64,000 bases of DNA from Myxococcota bacterium (lineage in GTDB: Bacteria > Myxococcota_A > UBA9042 > PHBI01 > JAWLBL01), in assembly GCA_041687695.1 (NCBI GenBank), contig JAWLBL010000033.1:28014-92013 (forward strand), read 5' to 3'. Shown one piece after another: positions 38,655 to 48,266 of the stretch. A program made the translations under genes and the position numbers. The notes under the pieces are model-generated. The model did not search any database. It saw only the letters and a list, made by a program, of their open reading frames with translations, and had not been told where the DNA came from. Each line of letters opens with the position of its first letter. The first letter of the stretch is position 1.

Positions 38655-39539
38655 ATGCCGCCCGTCCAGCTTCCACTCCCGCTCGCCCGCCAGCCGTGGC
38701 GCCGCCCGGGGGCCGTCCCGGCCAAGCCCTTCGTCAAGTGGGCCGGCGGCAAGACCCAGCTCCTCGGCGATCTCGCCTCGCGCGCCCCCGCGGCCTTCGG
38801 CCGCTACTTCGAGCCCTTCTGCGGCGGCGCCGCCTTCTTCTTCGCCCTGCAGCCCCGCAGCGCCACCCTCTCGGACGCCAACGCCGAGCTCATCCAGCTC
38901 TACGAGGTCGTCCGCGACGACGTCGACGCCCTCGTCGCCGAGCTGTCCCGCCACCGCTACGACAAGGACAGCTACTACCGCGTCCGCGCCCTCGACCCGG
39001 CCACCCTGCGCCCGGTCGCCCGCGCCGCCCGCATGCTCTACCTCAACCGCACCTGCTTCAACGGCCTGTACCGCGTCAACCGCTCCGGCGCCTTCAACGT
39101 CCCCATGGGCCGCTACGCCAACCCCACCATCTGCGACGTCGACGGCCTGCGCGCCGCCTCCCTGGCCCTGGCCGGCCACGCCATCGCCCGCCGCGACTAC
39201 CGCGCCGTCCTCGACGACGCCCGCCCCGGCGACTTCGTGTACTTCGACCCGCCCTACCAGCCGGTCAGCGCCACCGCGAACTTCACCAGCTACACTCCCT
39301 GGCCCTTCGTCGAGGCCGACCAACGCCAGCTCGCCGACACCTTCGATCTCCTCTCTGCCCGCGGCGTCCACTGCATGCTCACCAATAGCGACACCCCGCT
39401 CGTCCGCGCGCTGTACGCCCACCACCGCATCGACCGCGTCCTCGCCACCCGCCGCATCTCCCGCGACGCCGCCCGCCGCGGCCCCGTCGGCGAGCTCATC
39501 GTGCGCAACTACTCCGATCCCGAGGGCCCTCGACGATGA
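38655..39539 (+). CDS. dam: Dam-family N6-adenine DNA methyltransferase
   Basis: [41 protein letters not shown]. Confidence 0.9.
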   Translation: MPPVQLPLPLARQPWRRPGAVPAKPFVKWAGGKTQLLGDLASRAPAAFGRYFEPFCGGAAFFFALQPRSATLSDANAELIQLYEVVRDDVDALVAELSRHRYDKDSYYRVRALDPATLRPVARAARMLYLNRTCFNGLYRVNRSGAFNVPMGRYANPTICDVDGLRAASLALAGHAIARRDYRAVLDDARPGDFVYFDPPYQPVSATANFTSYTPWPFVEADQRQLADTFDLLSARGVHCMLTNSDTPLVRALYAHHRIDRVLATRRISRDAARRGPVGELIVRNYSDPEGPRR

Positions 39540-40303
39540 CCGCCCGCCTGTTCACGCTGTCCTACTCGCCCTGGTCCGAGAAGGCCCGCTGGGCCCTCGA
39601 CCACCACGCCGTCCCCTACCGCGAGGTCCCCTACTTCCCCATCTTCGGCGTCCCGGCCCTGCGCCTACGCACCCGCCGCCTGCGCGGCCATGTCACCATC
39701 CCCGTCCTCGTCGACGGCTCCACCCGCCTCGGCGACTCCCACGACATCGCCCGCCACGCCGAGCGCGTCGGCCACGGTCCGCCCCTGTTCCCGCCCGCCC
39801 ACGACCCCGCCATCCGCGCCTGGGTGGCCCGCAGCGAGGCCCTCGCCGCCGCCGGCCGCGCCCTCGCCGTCGGCCGCGTCGCCCAGGATCCCGAGGCCCA
39901 GCGCGAGAGCCTGCCCAGCCAGGTCCCCGACGCCCTCCGCGCCACCCTCCGCCCCGTCGCCACCCTCGGCATCCGCTACCTCACCCACAAGTACGCCCTC
40001 GATCTGGCCGCCATCGCCGCCCACGAGGCCGCCATGCGCGACGTCCTCCTCGCCCTGCGCCAGGCCCTCGGCGGCCGCGAGGAGGGCCCGCTCCTCGGCC
40101 CCTTCACCTTCGCCGACGTCGCCATGGCCGCCACCCTGCAGTTCGTGCGCCCCCTCGACGGCCCCTACATGGTCCTCGGCCCGGCCAGCCGCCTCGCCTG
40201 GACCCGCACCAGCCTCGCCTCCGAGTTCCCCGACGTCCTCGCCTGGCGCGACGCCGTCTACGCCGCCCACCGCGGCCCCGCCCCCGGCCCGGTCCCGACC
40301 TGA
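39536..40303 (+). CDS. Glutathione S-transferase N-terminal domain protein
   Basis: YSPWSEKARWALD, TIPVL, DSHDIA, FTFADVAMA; ATGA overlap with dam. Confidence 0.85.
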   Translation: MTARLFTLSYSPWSEKARWALDHHAVPYREVPYFPIFGVPALRLRTRRLRGHVTIPVLVDGSTRLGDSHDIARHAERVGHGPPLFPPAHDPAIRAWVARSEALAAAGRALAVGRVAQDPEAQRESLPSQVPDALRATLRPVATLGIRYLTHKYALDLAAIAAHEAAMRDVLLALRQALGGREEGPLLGPFTFADVAMAATLQFVRPLDGPYMVLGPASRLAWTRTSLASEFPDVLAWRDAVYAAHRGPAPGPVPT

Positions 40304-40323
40304 CGCCTGCCCGGGCAGACGCC

Positions 40324-40352
40324 TTGACCCTCGCGCCGGGCCGGCCCAAGCT
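40324..40352 (+). promoter_or_regulatory. Sigma70-like promoter candidate (leaderless geometry)
   Basis: TTGACC-N17-CAAGCT, ending 8 nt before ATG 40361. Confidence 0.4.
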
Positions 40353-40360
40353 CGGTCCCC

Positions 40361-42085
40361 ATGACCGCGACCGCCCCCGCCCTCGAGACCATCGCCGGCC
40401 GCTACGAGCTGCTCCGCGAGATCGGCCGCGGCGGCCAGGCCCGCACCTTCCTCGCCCGCGACCGCCAGACCGGCGCCCAGGTCGCCGTCAAGCGCCTGCT
40501 CCTCGCCCACGCCGAGGACTGGAAGGCCGTCGAGCTCTTCGAGCGCGAGGGCCAGGTCCTGTCCCGCCTGAGCCACCCCGGCATCCCGCGCTACGTCGAC
40601 GCCCTCGGCGAGACCGCCACCCCGGACGAGGCCCACGGCTTCGTCCTCGTGCAGGAGTACGTCGAGGGCGACAGCCTCGCCGCCGTGCTCGCCCGCGGCG
40701 AGCTGATGGACGAGGGCCGCGCCACCGCCTTCCTGCGCGCCATCCTCCCCATCCTCACCTACCTGCACGGCCAGCACCCGCCGGTGGTCCACCGCGATCT
40801 GAAGCCCTCCAACCTCATCCGCCGCCCCGACGGCACCTACGCCCTCATCGACTTCGGCGCCATCCAGTCCCTGCTCCCCTCGGTCACCCGCTCGGGCTCG
40901 ACCATCATCGGCACGACCGGCTACATGGCCCCCGAGCAGTTCATGGGCCGCGCCCTGCCGGCCACCGACCTCTACGGCCTCGGCGCCACCGTCCTGCACC
41001 TCCTCACCGGCGTCCACCCCGCCGATCTGCCCGTCGAGCGCATGGCCCTGCGCTACGAAGACGTCCTGCCCCGGGTCTCGGCCAACTTCCGCCGCGTCCT
41101 CGGCCGCCTGCTCGCCCCCGCCGTCGAGGATCGCTTCCAGTCCGCCGCCGAGGCCCTCGCCGCCCTCGCCGCCCCCGCGCCGGCCCCGCGCGCCAAGGCC
41201 CCCTCGCCGCCGCCCCCGCGCACCCGCGGCGTCCTCGCCGTCGCCGCCAGCGGCGTCGTCCTGGTGGCGGGCGTCGTCATCGCCCTGTTCGCCGAGTCCC
41301 CCCACGTCGACGTCTCGGCGCCCTCGGCCCCCGCGGCCGGCGCTTCCACCCGCGCGGCGAACCGCCCCGCCTCACTCGCCCCGCCCGCGCTCCCCTTCAC
41401 CACCGACCTCGGCCGCGACGGCGCGGGCCTGGTGTTCAAGGACCGCAGCTCGCACCTCAGGGTCTACCAGGACAAGGGCTGGTACAGCTTGCGCGGCTCC
41501 GTGACCTCGCTCCGCGCCGATCTCGTGCGCGAGCTCAAGGGCCGGGTCGAGCTGCTCGACGGGCAGGGGCGCCTGGTGACCTCCAAGCCGGTCACCCTGT
41601 GGCCCAGCTACAAGCCCCCGCTCCGCGTCGGTGACCTGGCGTCCTTCGGGGCCAGCGTCGCTACCGAGCCCTCCGCCAAATCGGCCCGGCTGGTCGTCAC
41701 CTCCGTCCTCAGCGAGCCGGCGCCCGCCGAGCTCCCCGAGGCCCAGCCCTTCGAGCCCCTGTGGGAGGTCCCGCGCTCCGAGGCCCTCGACGTCACCTTC
41801 CGGCTGCGCAAGGACGAGCGGAAGCCCTGGGCCCACAGCGACAAGGTCGCCATCCGCATCGAGCTCGAGGCCATCAACCGCGGCTCACGCGACATCGAGA
41901 TCCTCAAGCTCGCCCTGCGGGTCCGCGGCGCCGACGGCCGCACCCTCGAGAGCAAGGAGTCCTACGCCGTCGCCGCCTCCAGCGCGCCGCCCCTCGCCCC
42001 CGGCGAGACCGCCCTGGTCTCCCTCCTGGCCATCCCCAACGGCGCCCCCGCCGAGGTCGAGGTCGCCGTCATCGAGCTGCGCTGA
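40361..42085 (+). CDS. Membrane-spanning Ser/Thr protein kinase
   Basis: GRGGQA, VAVK, HRDLKPSN, DFG, GTTGYMAPE; TM helix then two Ig-like extracytoplasmic domains. Confidence 0.93.
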   Translation: MTATAPALETIAGRYELLREIGRGGQARTFLARDRQTGAQVAVKRLLLAHAEDWKAVELFEREGQVLSRLSHPGIPRYVDALGETATPDEAHGFVLVQEYVEGDSLAAVLARGELMDEGRATAFLRAILPILTYLHGQHPPVVHRDLKPSNLIRRPDGTYALIDFGAIQSLLPSVTRSGSTIIGTTGYMAPEQFMGRALPATDLYGLGATVLHLLTGVHPADLPVERMALRYEDVLPRVSANFRRVLGRLLAPAVEDRFQSAAEALAALAAPAPAPRAKAPSPPPPRTRGVLAVAASGVVLVAGVVIALFAESPHVDVSAPSAPAAGASTRAANRPASLAPPALPFTTDLGRDGAGLVFKDRSSHLRVYQDKGWYSLRGSVTSLRADLVRELKGRVELLDGQGRLVTSKPVTLWPSYKPPLRVGDLASFGASVATEPSAKSARLVVTSVLSEPAPAELPEAQPFEPLWEVPRSEALDVTFRLRKDERKPWAHSDKVAIRIELEAINRGSRDIEILKLALRVRGADGRTLESKESYAVAASSAPPLAPGETALVSLLAIPNGAPAEVEVAVIELR

Positions 42086-42098
42086 CCGGCCGCCCCGT

Positions 42099-42470
42099 TC
42101 ACACCGCCAGGATCGACTCCAGCAGCACGTCGATGTCCACCGGCTTGGCCAGCACCCGGTTCGCGTCCACCTTCCGCCCGCGCGCCGAGGCCGCGCTCAT
42201 CACGATGAGCGGGATCCCCGCCAGCGCCGGGTCCTGCCGCTGGTGCTCCCGGAACGTCCACCCGTCCATCACCGGCATCGTCAGGTCCAGCACGATGACG
42301 TCCGGCCGCTCGGCCGTCCGCAGCAGCTCCAGCGCCTCGGCCCCGTGCCGCGCCGCCGACACCCGGTGCCCCTCGTCCGTCAGGATGTCCACCAGGGCCT
42401 GACGCACCCCGGCGTCGTCGTCGACGACCAGCACGTGCCGCCCCGCGCCCCCCAACAGCCCCGCGCTCAT
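42099..42470 (-). CDS. Single-domain response regulator
   Basis: VLVVDDD, VLDLTMPVMDG, MSA, LAKPV; ATGA-coupled to the kinase. Confidence 0.92.
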   Translation of the reverse strand: MSAGLLGGAGRHVLVVDDDAGVRQALVDILTDEGHRVSAARHGAEALELLRTAERPDVIVLDLTMPVMDGWTFREHQRQDPALAGIPLIVMSAASARGRKVDANRVLAKPVDIDVLLESILAV

Positions 42471-44560
42471 CGCCCCCCCTCCTCGCGCTCGACCGTCTCC
42501 GACTCGGCCGGCCCCGCCAGCGGCAGCCGCACGGTGAACGTGGCCCCCTCACCCGGGCGGCTGTCGACCTCGATGCTCCCGCCCAGCGCCTCGACCACCT
42601 GCCGCGTGATCCACAGCCCCAGCCCGAACCCGCCATAGTGCCGGCTGCTCACCGCCCGCTCGAACCGCTCGAAGATCCGCGCCTGCTCGGCCGGCGCGAT
42701 GCCCAGCCCCCGGTCCCGCACCGTCAGCCGCGCCACCTCACCCTCGCGCACCACCTCGACCGTGATGGGCTCGCCCTGCCCGTACTTCACCGCGTTCGAC
42801 AGCAGGTTCGTCGCCACCTGGTCCAGCCGCAGCCGGTCCCACCGCCCCACCACCGGCTCGGGCGCCACCACGGTGATGGCGTCGCTCAGCCCGGCGTCGC
42901 GCTTGCGCTGCGCCACCTCGCGCACCACGGCCCCCAGCTCCACGTCCTCCAGCGCGACCCGCAGCCGCCCCGCCGTGATGCGCGACACGTCCAGCAGCTC
43001 GTCCACCAGCCCCGCCAGCCGCCCCACCTGCGCGCCGGCCTTGTCGATCCGCTCCAACAGCCACGACAGCTCCGGCGGCGACCCGTCCCGCCGCGCCGCC
43101 CGCTGCACGCTCGCCACCTGCAGCCCCAGCGCGTGCAGCGGGTTCTTCAGCTCGTGCGCCGCCGCGCTCAGCAGCTCGTCGCGCGACCGCACCGCCCGCT
43201 GCGCCTCCCGGTGCAGCTGCGCGTTCCGGAACGCCAGCCCCGCGCGCCGCCCCAGCTCCTCGGCCACCGCCAGCACCGCGGCCGTGCAGCGCCCCGGCTG
43301 CCGGCTCCCGAACACCGCCACCCCCAGCACCCGCTCGCCCGCCACCAGCGGCACGCCCATCAGCGACCCGACCCCCAGCCGCTCTATCATCGCCAGGTGC
43401 TCGGGCGACCTCGCGAAGGCCTCCCGGTCCTCGGGCTCCACCCGCTCGATCAGCACCGAGCGCCCGGTGCGCGCCACCGCCGCGAACCGGTCCCCCTCGG
43501 GCGGCGCCTCGGGGCCATAGGCCTCGGCCAGGCTCGCCAGGACCCCCTGCAGCTCGGGCGCGTCGCACGCGGTCTCGGTCGCCCAGCGGCCCTCGTCGTC
43601 CCGCGCGTGCACCACGCACCAGTCCGCCAGCGCCGGCACCGCCAGCCGCGCCAGCCGCCCCACGCAGGCCTGCCAGTCCAGCGAGCCGGTCAGCGCCGCG
43701 CTCGCCGCCGCCAAGAACGCCAGCGCGTCCTCGGTCTGCTTCTTGTCCGTGACGTCGCTGACCAGCGCGATGACGCCGATCGGCCGCCCGTCCAGGTGCA
43801 TGTGGGGCGTGTAGGTCGACTCCAGCCAGCGCAGCCCCTTGCCGGGCAGCTCCATCTGGAACTGGAACTGCACGCGCTCGCCGCGCATCGCCCGCTCGAG
43901 CCGCGGGCGAAGGATCTCCCACACCGCGGCCCCCGTGACCTCGCGCACGTGGCGGCCGATCAGCTCGCCCTCACGCCGCTCGAACCAGCGCGCGTACGTC
44001 GCGTTGGTCAACAGATAGCGCCCCTGCGGGTCCACGTAGGCGACCAGGGCGGGCAGGGCGTCGGTCACCAGCCTCAGCTCGTCCAGCGACAGCCGCTGCT
44101 CGTCCGTGGCCGCCAGCAGCTCCCGCGCGTCCAGCGCCGCGGCCGCCCGCCCCGCGACGAGGGCCGCCTCGGCCTGCTCCAGCGAGGTCCAGGGCCGCGC
44201 GGGCCGCACCCACATCGCGCCGCCGATCCGCTGCCCGCTCAGGCGCACCCGCTCGGCGTCCCGCGCCCCCACGAGCCGCGTCCGCCTCGCCGCGCCCTCC
44301 GGCACCCACGACGCCCCCCACGAGCGCCGATCGGTCGTGTGCACCTCGACCTCGACCGCCTCGGCCCCGTAGCGCGTCCCGACCAGCGCCGCCAGCTCGG
44401 CCACGATCCGGTCGGCCGGCAGCCCGGTCCAATGCAGCGTCTCGTCCAGCAGCGCCTCGACGGCCCCCGCCTCGCTCGGGCCGGACGCGCGCGGCCAGTC
44501 CCAACCCGGTGCGCTGTCACCGAAGGCTCGATCCGAGCCCTTCAAGGAGCGGTCATCCAA
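42467..44560 (-). CDS. PAS-GAF sensor histidine kinase
   Basis: PAS (DALPALVAYVD), GAF (LADWC), AAHELKNPL, NLLSNAVKY, DRGLGI, GFGLGL; TTG start uncertain. Confidence 0.9.
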   Translation of the reverse strand: MDDRSLKGSDRAFGDSAPGWDWPRASGPSEAGAVEALLDETLHWTGLPADRIVAELAALVGTRYGAEAVEVEVHTTDRRSWGASWVPEGAARRTRLVGARDAERVRLSGQRIGGAMWVRPARPWTSLEQAEAALVAGRAAAALDARELLAATDEQRLSLDELRLVTDALPALVAYVDPQGRYLLTNATYARWFERREGELIGRHVREVTGAAVWEILRPRLERAMRGERVQFQFQMELPGKGLRWLESTYTPHMHLDGRPIGVIALVSDVTDKKQTEDALAFLAAASAALTGSLDWQACVGRLARLAVPALADWCVVHARDDEGRWATETACDAPELQGVLASLAEAYGPEAPPEGDRFAAVARTGRSVLIERVEPEDREAFARSPEHLAMIERLGVGSLMGVPLVAGERVLGVAVFGSRQPGRCTAAVLAVAEELGRRAGLAFRNAQLHREAQRAVRSRDELLSAAAHELKNPLHALGLQVASVQRAARRDGSPPELSWLLERIDKAGAQVGRLAGLVDELLDVSRITAGRLRVALEDVELGAVVREVAQRKRDAGLSDAITVVAPEPVVGRWDRLRLDQVATNLLSNAVKYGQGEPITVEVVREGEVARLTVRDRGLGIAPAEQARIFERFERAVSSRHYGGFGLGLWITRQVVEALGGSIEVDSRPGEGATFTVRLPLAGPAESETVEREEGGR

Positions 44561-44756
44561 GCCCGTTCGCCTCTGCGCCTTCGTCCTGTCCCTGCACGCC
44601 GGGGCCGGCCCACGCCGGACCGGCCCCGACGGATCGAGGCGCGAGCGTAGCCCACCGCTCCGGGCCGTGAAAGCGACCGGCCGTTGTGAGGCACTTGCCG
44701 CGCGGCGAGCGGTCCGGTACCACTTGCCCTCTCACACCAACCCAGGATTCACACGC

Positions 44757-47276
44757 ATGGGTCGCATCCTCCCGTCGTTCGCGCTGGCGTTGGCCGGCGC
44801 CGTCTCCATCGCCGCCTGCGGCGACATCTCGGTCGAGAGCAACTGCACGGCGGGCGACCTGCGCGCCTGCCTGTGCGAGACCGGCGGGGCCGGCACCCAG
44901 ACCTGCCTGCAGAACTCGGCCGGCGTGGGCTTCGGGCCGTGCGTCTGCAACGGCCCGGTCGACGTCAAGGAGGACGGCGTCGCGCCCGACGTCAGCGCCC
45001 CCGACGTCACCGACCCGCCGGACGCGGCGTCCGAGGTCACGGACCCGCCGGACGTGACGCCCGATCCGGGCCCGGGCGAGGACACGTCCAGCCCCTGCGG
45101 CGGGGCGGGCGCCGCCTGTGACGACGAGGATCCGTGCACCACGGGCGACGTCTGCACCGAGGACGGCGAGTGCGTCGGCGTCCCGGTGGACTGCGACGAC
45201 GGCATCGCCTGCACGGCGAACCTGTGCAGCCCGACGACCGGCGCCTGCCTCATCGACACGACCAACTGCAGCTGCCCGCCCGGCGAGGCCTGCGACGACG
45301 GCAACCCCTGCACCGAGGGCGACACCTGCAAGGGCGACGGCGAGACCTGCGCCGGCGCGCCCAAGGACTGCGACGACGGCAACGCCTGCACGGTCGACGG
45401 CTGCGCGTCCGCGACCGGGGCCTGCCTGCACGACGACTCGCAGTGCAGCTGCACCAAGGCCGGCGACTGCGACGACGGCAACCCCTGCACGGCCGACAGC
45501 TGCGTCGACGGCACCTGCCTGAACACCCCGAACACGGCGGCGACCTGCAGCGACGGCGACCCGTGCACCACCGACGACGCCTGCCTGTCCGACGGCAGCT
45601 GCAAGGGCACCCCCAAGGTGTGCGACGACGACGTGGCCTGCTCGCTCGACACCTGCGACGCCACGACCGGCCAGTGTCTGTTCGACACCTCGTCCTGCGC
45701 GTGCCTCGCCGACGAGGACTGCAACGACGGCAACCCCTGTACGGCCGACACCTGCGTCGACGGCGGGTGCGCCCACGATCCGCAGGCCGGCAGCTGCGAC
45801 GACGGCAACCCCTGCACCCTGGACGACGTGTGCGACGCGGGCGTCTGCACGTCGGGGACGGCCAAGGACTGCGCGGACGACCTCGACTGCAGCCTCGACA
45901 GCTGCGACCTGCAGACCGGCGAGTGCGTGAACCTGACCAGCGGCTGCGAGTGTCTGGCCGACGCCGACTGCCCCCAGGCCACGGCCTGCACCAGCTGGAC
46001 CTGCGCGCTGCCGGCCGGCGAGTGCGTGCCGACCCACGCCGAGGGCGAGGCCTGCGACGACGGCCAGCCCTGCACCGACGGGGACCTGTGCGACGCGGGC
46101 GGCACCTGCGCCGGGTCGCCGGTCGTCTGCGACGACGGCAAGGCCTGCTCCCAGGGCGACGCCTGCGACGAGACGACGGGCGAGTGCGTCTTCGACACGT
46201 CGTCCTGCGCCTGCGCCCAGGACGCCGACTGCGGGCCGAACACCCAGTGCGTCACCAAGACCTGCGACGTGTCCGAGGGCACCTGCCTGTCGACCGTGCT
46301 GGCCGACCAGCCCTGCAGCGACGGCAACGCCTGCACCCTCGACGACACCTGCACGGCGCTGGGCGCCTGCGTCGGCACCCCCAAGAGCTGCGCCGACGGC
46401 ATCGAGTGCACGGTCGAGCAGTGCGTGACCTCGAGCGGCCAGTGCGTCATCGACGGCGGCAAGTGCGAGTGCAAGATCGACGCCGACTGCGACGACAAGA
46501 ACCCCTGCACGCTCGACACCTGCGACGCGCAGCGCACCTGCAAGCACACCCCGCTGACGGGCCTGACCTGCAACGACAACAGCGCCTGCACGCTCGACGA
46601 CGTCTGCACCTCGGCCGGCACCTGCAAGGGCTCGCCCATGAAGTGCGACGACGGCAACCCCTGCACCAAGGACTACTGCGAGGCGGGGACCTGCAAGGCC
46701 GACCTCGACGACTCCTGCCCCAAGCGCTACGTGTTCGTGACCAGCCTCGCTATCCCCGGCAGCTTCACCGGCGGCTTCTTCACCAAGGCCGACGACCTCT
46801 GCAACGACGAGAAGCACGTCAAGGACGGCGGCCAGCGCCCGACCACCGGCACCTACAAGGCGCTCGTCTCGCAGAACAAGGGGCTGGACCCCAAGAGCAG
46901 CCGCATCGCGACCACCACCCCCAACTGCGACCCCAAGTGCACCGATCGCATGAACTGGGTGCTCGCGCCCAACACCCTGTACGTGCAGGCCGACGGCGAC
47001 TTCATCCTGCAGACCGACGGCAACGCCATCTTCAGGTACTCCAACTGCGGCAAGCCCAGCTGCAACTCGGCGCGCGGCTGGATCGACAGCCCCAAGCTCG
47101 CCTGGACCGGCCTGAAGTCGGGCTGGACCCCCGCCAGCGACTGCGACGCCTGGACCCAGAGCTCCTCGAGCGTCAAGGGGGCGATCAGCAGCCCCTCCGC
47201 GACGGACTCGACCGCCATCTTCAAAGACACCTTCACCTGCAACGAGAAGTTCCACCTCATCTGCATCGAGCAGTGA
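44757..47276 (+). CDS. Cys-rich repeat lipoprotein with a C-terminal DUF1554 (endostatin-like) domain
   Basis: Lipobox IAAC; about 19 CDDGNPCTxDxC-type repeats; C-terminal YVFVTS..ADDLC..YKALVS..WTGL..CDAWT..C..LICIEQ. Confidence 0.85.
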   Translation: MGRILPSFALALAGAVSIAACGDISVESNCTAGDLRACLCETGGAGTQTCLQNSAGVGFGPCVCNGPVDVKEDGVAPDVSAPDVTDPPDAASEVTDPPDVTPDPGPGEDTSSPCGGAGAACDDEDPCTTGDVCTEDGECVGVPVDCDDGIACTANLCSPTTGACLIDTTNCSCPPGEACDDGNPCTEGDTCKGDGETCAGAPKDCDDGNACTVDGCASATGACLHDDSQCSCTKAGDCDDGNPCTADSCVDGTCLNTPNTAATCSDGDPCTTDDACLSDGSCKGTPKVCDDDVACSLDTCDATTGQCLFDTSSCACLADEDCNDGNPCTADTCVDGGCAHDPQAGSCDDGNPCTLDDVCDAGVCTSGTAKDCADDLDCSLDSCDLQTGECVNLTSGCECLADADCPQATACTSWTCALPAGECVPTHAEGEACDDGQPCTDGDLCDAGGTCAGSPVVCDDGKACSQGDACDETTGECVFDTSSCACAQDADCGPNTQCVTKTCDVSEGTCLSTVLADQPCSDGNACTLDDTCTALGACVGTPKSCADGIECTVEQCVTSSGQCVIDGGKCECKIDADCDDKNPCTLDTCDAQRTCKHTPLTGLTCNDNSACTLDDVCTSAGTCKGSPMKCDDGNPCTKDYCEAGTCKADLDDSCPKRYVFVTSLAIPGSFTGGFFTKADDLCNDEKHVKDGGQRPTTGTYKALVSQNKGLDPKSSRIATTTPNCDPKCTDRMNWVLAPNTLYVQADGDFILQTDGNAIFRYSNCGKPSCNSARGWIDSPKLAWTGLKSGWTPASDCDAWTQSSSSVKGAISSPSATDSTAIFKDTFTCNEKFHLICIEQ

Positions 47277-47333
47277 CCCTCACCGCGGGAGCGCCGTCGG
47301 CCCGGCCGGCCAGCGCTCCCGCGGAACCTCGTC

Positions 47334-47825
47334 CTACAGCGCGGCGAACCCCTGGTGCCGCGGCCAGCGCTCCAGCCGCTTGCCGCGCACCAGCGCCCGC
47401 ACCGCCTCGAAGGCGAACTTCAGCCGCTCGCGCCCGGTGACGTCCCAGTACTCGCCGGCGCGCGTGTGGATGCGCAGCGCGCACAGGTTCGGGTCGTCCT
47501 TGCCCTTGGGGAAGAAGATGCGCTGCATCGGCGACCACAGCTCCGCGATCTGAGCCCGGTCGCGCACGATCTCCGCCGTCCCGGCCAGGCTCAGGTACTT
47601 GCCGTGCGCCTGCAGCGTGATGCAGACGTTCGGGTCCTCCTCGATCTCCTCGAGCTTGTGGCTCTCCAGATCGGTCAGGAACCAGATGTCGCCGTGCTCG
47701 TCGACCTTGGTCAGCGCCATCGGCCGCCCGTGCACCAGCCCATCCTCGCTGCGGGTGACCAGCATCCCGTCGCTGAACGACTTCACCAGCTTGATGAGGT
47801 GCTTGCGATCGCTACTCGTCGCCAT
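47334..47825 (-). CDS. Pyridoxamine 5'-phosphate oxidase-like / general stress protein 26
   Basis: GMLVT..HGRPM, IWFLT..SHK..EI, YLSLAG, FPKGKDDP, GEYWD; GAGGAGG SD. Confidence 0.88.
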   Translation of the reverse strand: MATSSDRKHLIKLVKSFSDGMLVTRSEDGLVHGRPMALTKVDEHGDIWFLTDLESHKLEEIEEDPNVCITLQAHGKYLSLAGTAEIVRDRAQIAELWSPMQRIFFPKGKDDPNLCALRIHTRAGEYWDVTGRERLKFAFEAVRALVRGKRLERWPRHQGFAAL

Positions 47826-47940
47826 CCGACCCTCCTCGGTCCGTCGCGGATTACCCGTTACGCTCCAAGGAGTTAAGGACCAACCGCCCCCCCTGCCACC
47901 CGGCCCCGGCCGACCCTCCAGCCTGCCGATCCGGGCTCCC

Positions 47941-48245
47941 CCCTCTGGGACCGCCAGCTTCCAGAGGGGAGAGCAAAAGCCCAACCGGAGTGCTCCACCT
48001 TGGTGGAGCCCCCATCCGGCGCAGCTTGCTGCGCCGGTTTGGCAGCCAGATCCCGGCGGCAAGCCGCCGGGGCCGGGGCTCCGGCAAGCCGGAGCACTCC
48101 AAGGCCGCCTCCGCCGACATCAATATGACACCCTCTTCCAACCGTCCGACCTCGCCTCCACGCCCCGCGCCCCGCCGCCCGGAGTGCCCGCGCTCGCGCG
48201 GGCTCGCTGGATCGGCGCCGCTGGCGGCGCCCGGACGCCCGCGCC
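47941..48245. repeat. REP/REPIN-like palindrome cluster
   Basis: GGAGT + 8-bp hairpin at 47987 (+), 48078-48100 (-) and 48181 (+), with additional 2-nt-loop hairpins between; homologous to 63891-64000. Confidence 0.8.
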
Positions 48246-48266
48246 TGCACCTCCCCCCAGCGCCCC

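Noticed and set aside
46720..47276. Lectin-like tip as a diversity-generating retroelement target
   Set aside because: No reverse transcriptase or template-repeat copy seen in the window.
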